DNA of 64,000 bases from a virus. Taxonomy: Duplodnaviria; Caudoviricetes. The notes under the pieces were generated by a model. That model worked only from the letters and a program-made list of their open reading frames with translations. It was not told the origin of the DNA and did no database searches. This document shows, piece by piece, positions 63,959 to 64,000 of the stretch (positions are counted from its first letter, which is position 1; every line of letters starts with the position of its first letter). The stretch covers positions 3,776-67,775 of the IMG/VR virus record IMGVR_UViG_3300017912_002502; one strand, given 5' to 3'. Position numbers and translations under genes: made by a program.

Positions 63959-64000
63959 TCATATGGCAAAAGCAAAATACGAGGTACGGCTCTCCACCTA

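Noticed and set aside
1-64000. CRISPR array, rRNA, integrase or transposase
   Set aside because: No regularly spaced repeats or recognisable motifs; only two short direct repeats were found

Overview
This 64 kb window is part of a T4-like (myovirus-type) dsDNA phage genome. It is AT-rich and almost entirely coded on the + strand. The replication and recombination core is clear: gp45, gp44, gp62, regA, gp43, uvsX, gp41, gp61 and rnh. Nucleotide metabolism genes include nrdA/B, a glutaredoxin, thyX, dCMP deaminase and a 5'-nucleotidase. There are two tRNAs (Arg-UCU, Thr-UGU), sigma70-like early promoters and many T4 late TATAAATA boxes. Spanins, IscU/IscA, cytochrome c and a peroxiredoxin suggest a Gram-negative, probably aquatic proteobacterial host (inference). 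No photosynthesis genes, CRISPR array or integrase were seen. Three systems stand out. (1) At 57.0-61.1 kb, a translationally coupled DNA-hypermodification operon: Tet/JBP dioxygenase, Ntn glutamine amidotransferase, GNAT, aGPT-pyrophosphorylase clade 2 and a 5-hmU DNA kinase. The phage also encodes ThyX, so this implies post-replicative T -> hmU -> aminated/acetylated base chemistry. (2) At 2.7-7.1 kb, a mini biosynthetic operon: GT2, an APS-kinase/nucleotidyltransferase fusion, a FabF-like ketosynthase, a desaturase and a GNAT-like protein, with related tailoring enzymes scattered through the window. (3) At 24-34.6 kb, a late block of Lys-rich modular proteins with T4 capsid-targeting-like N-termini and repeated putative prohead-protease sites. 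All family calls come from motifs recognised by eye; no database searches were run.
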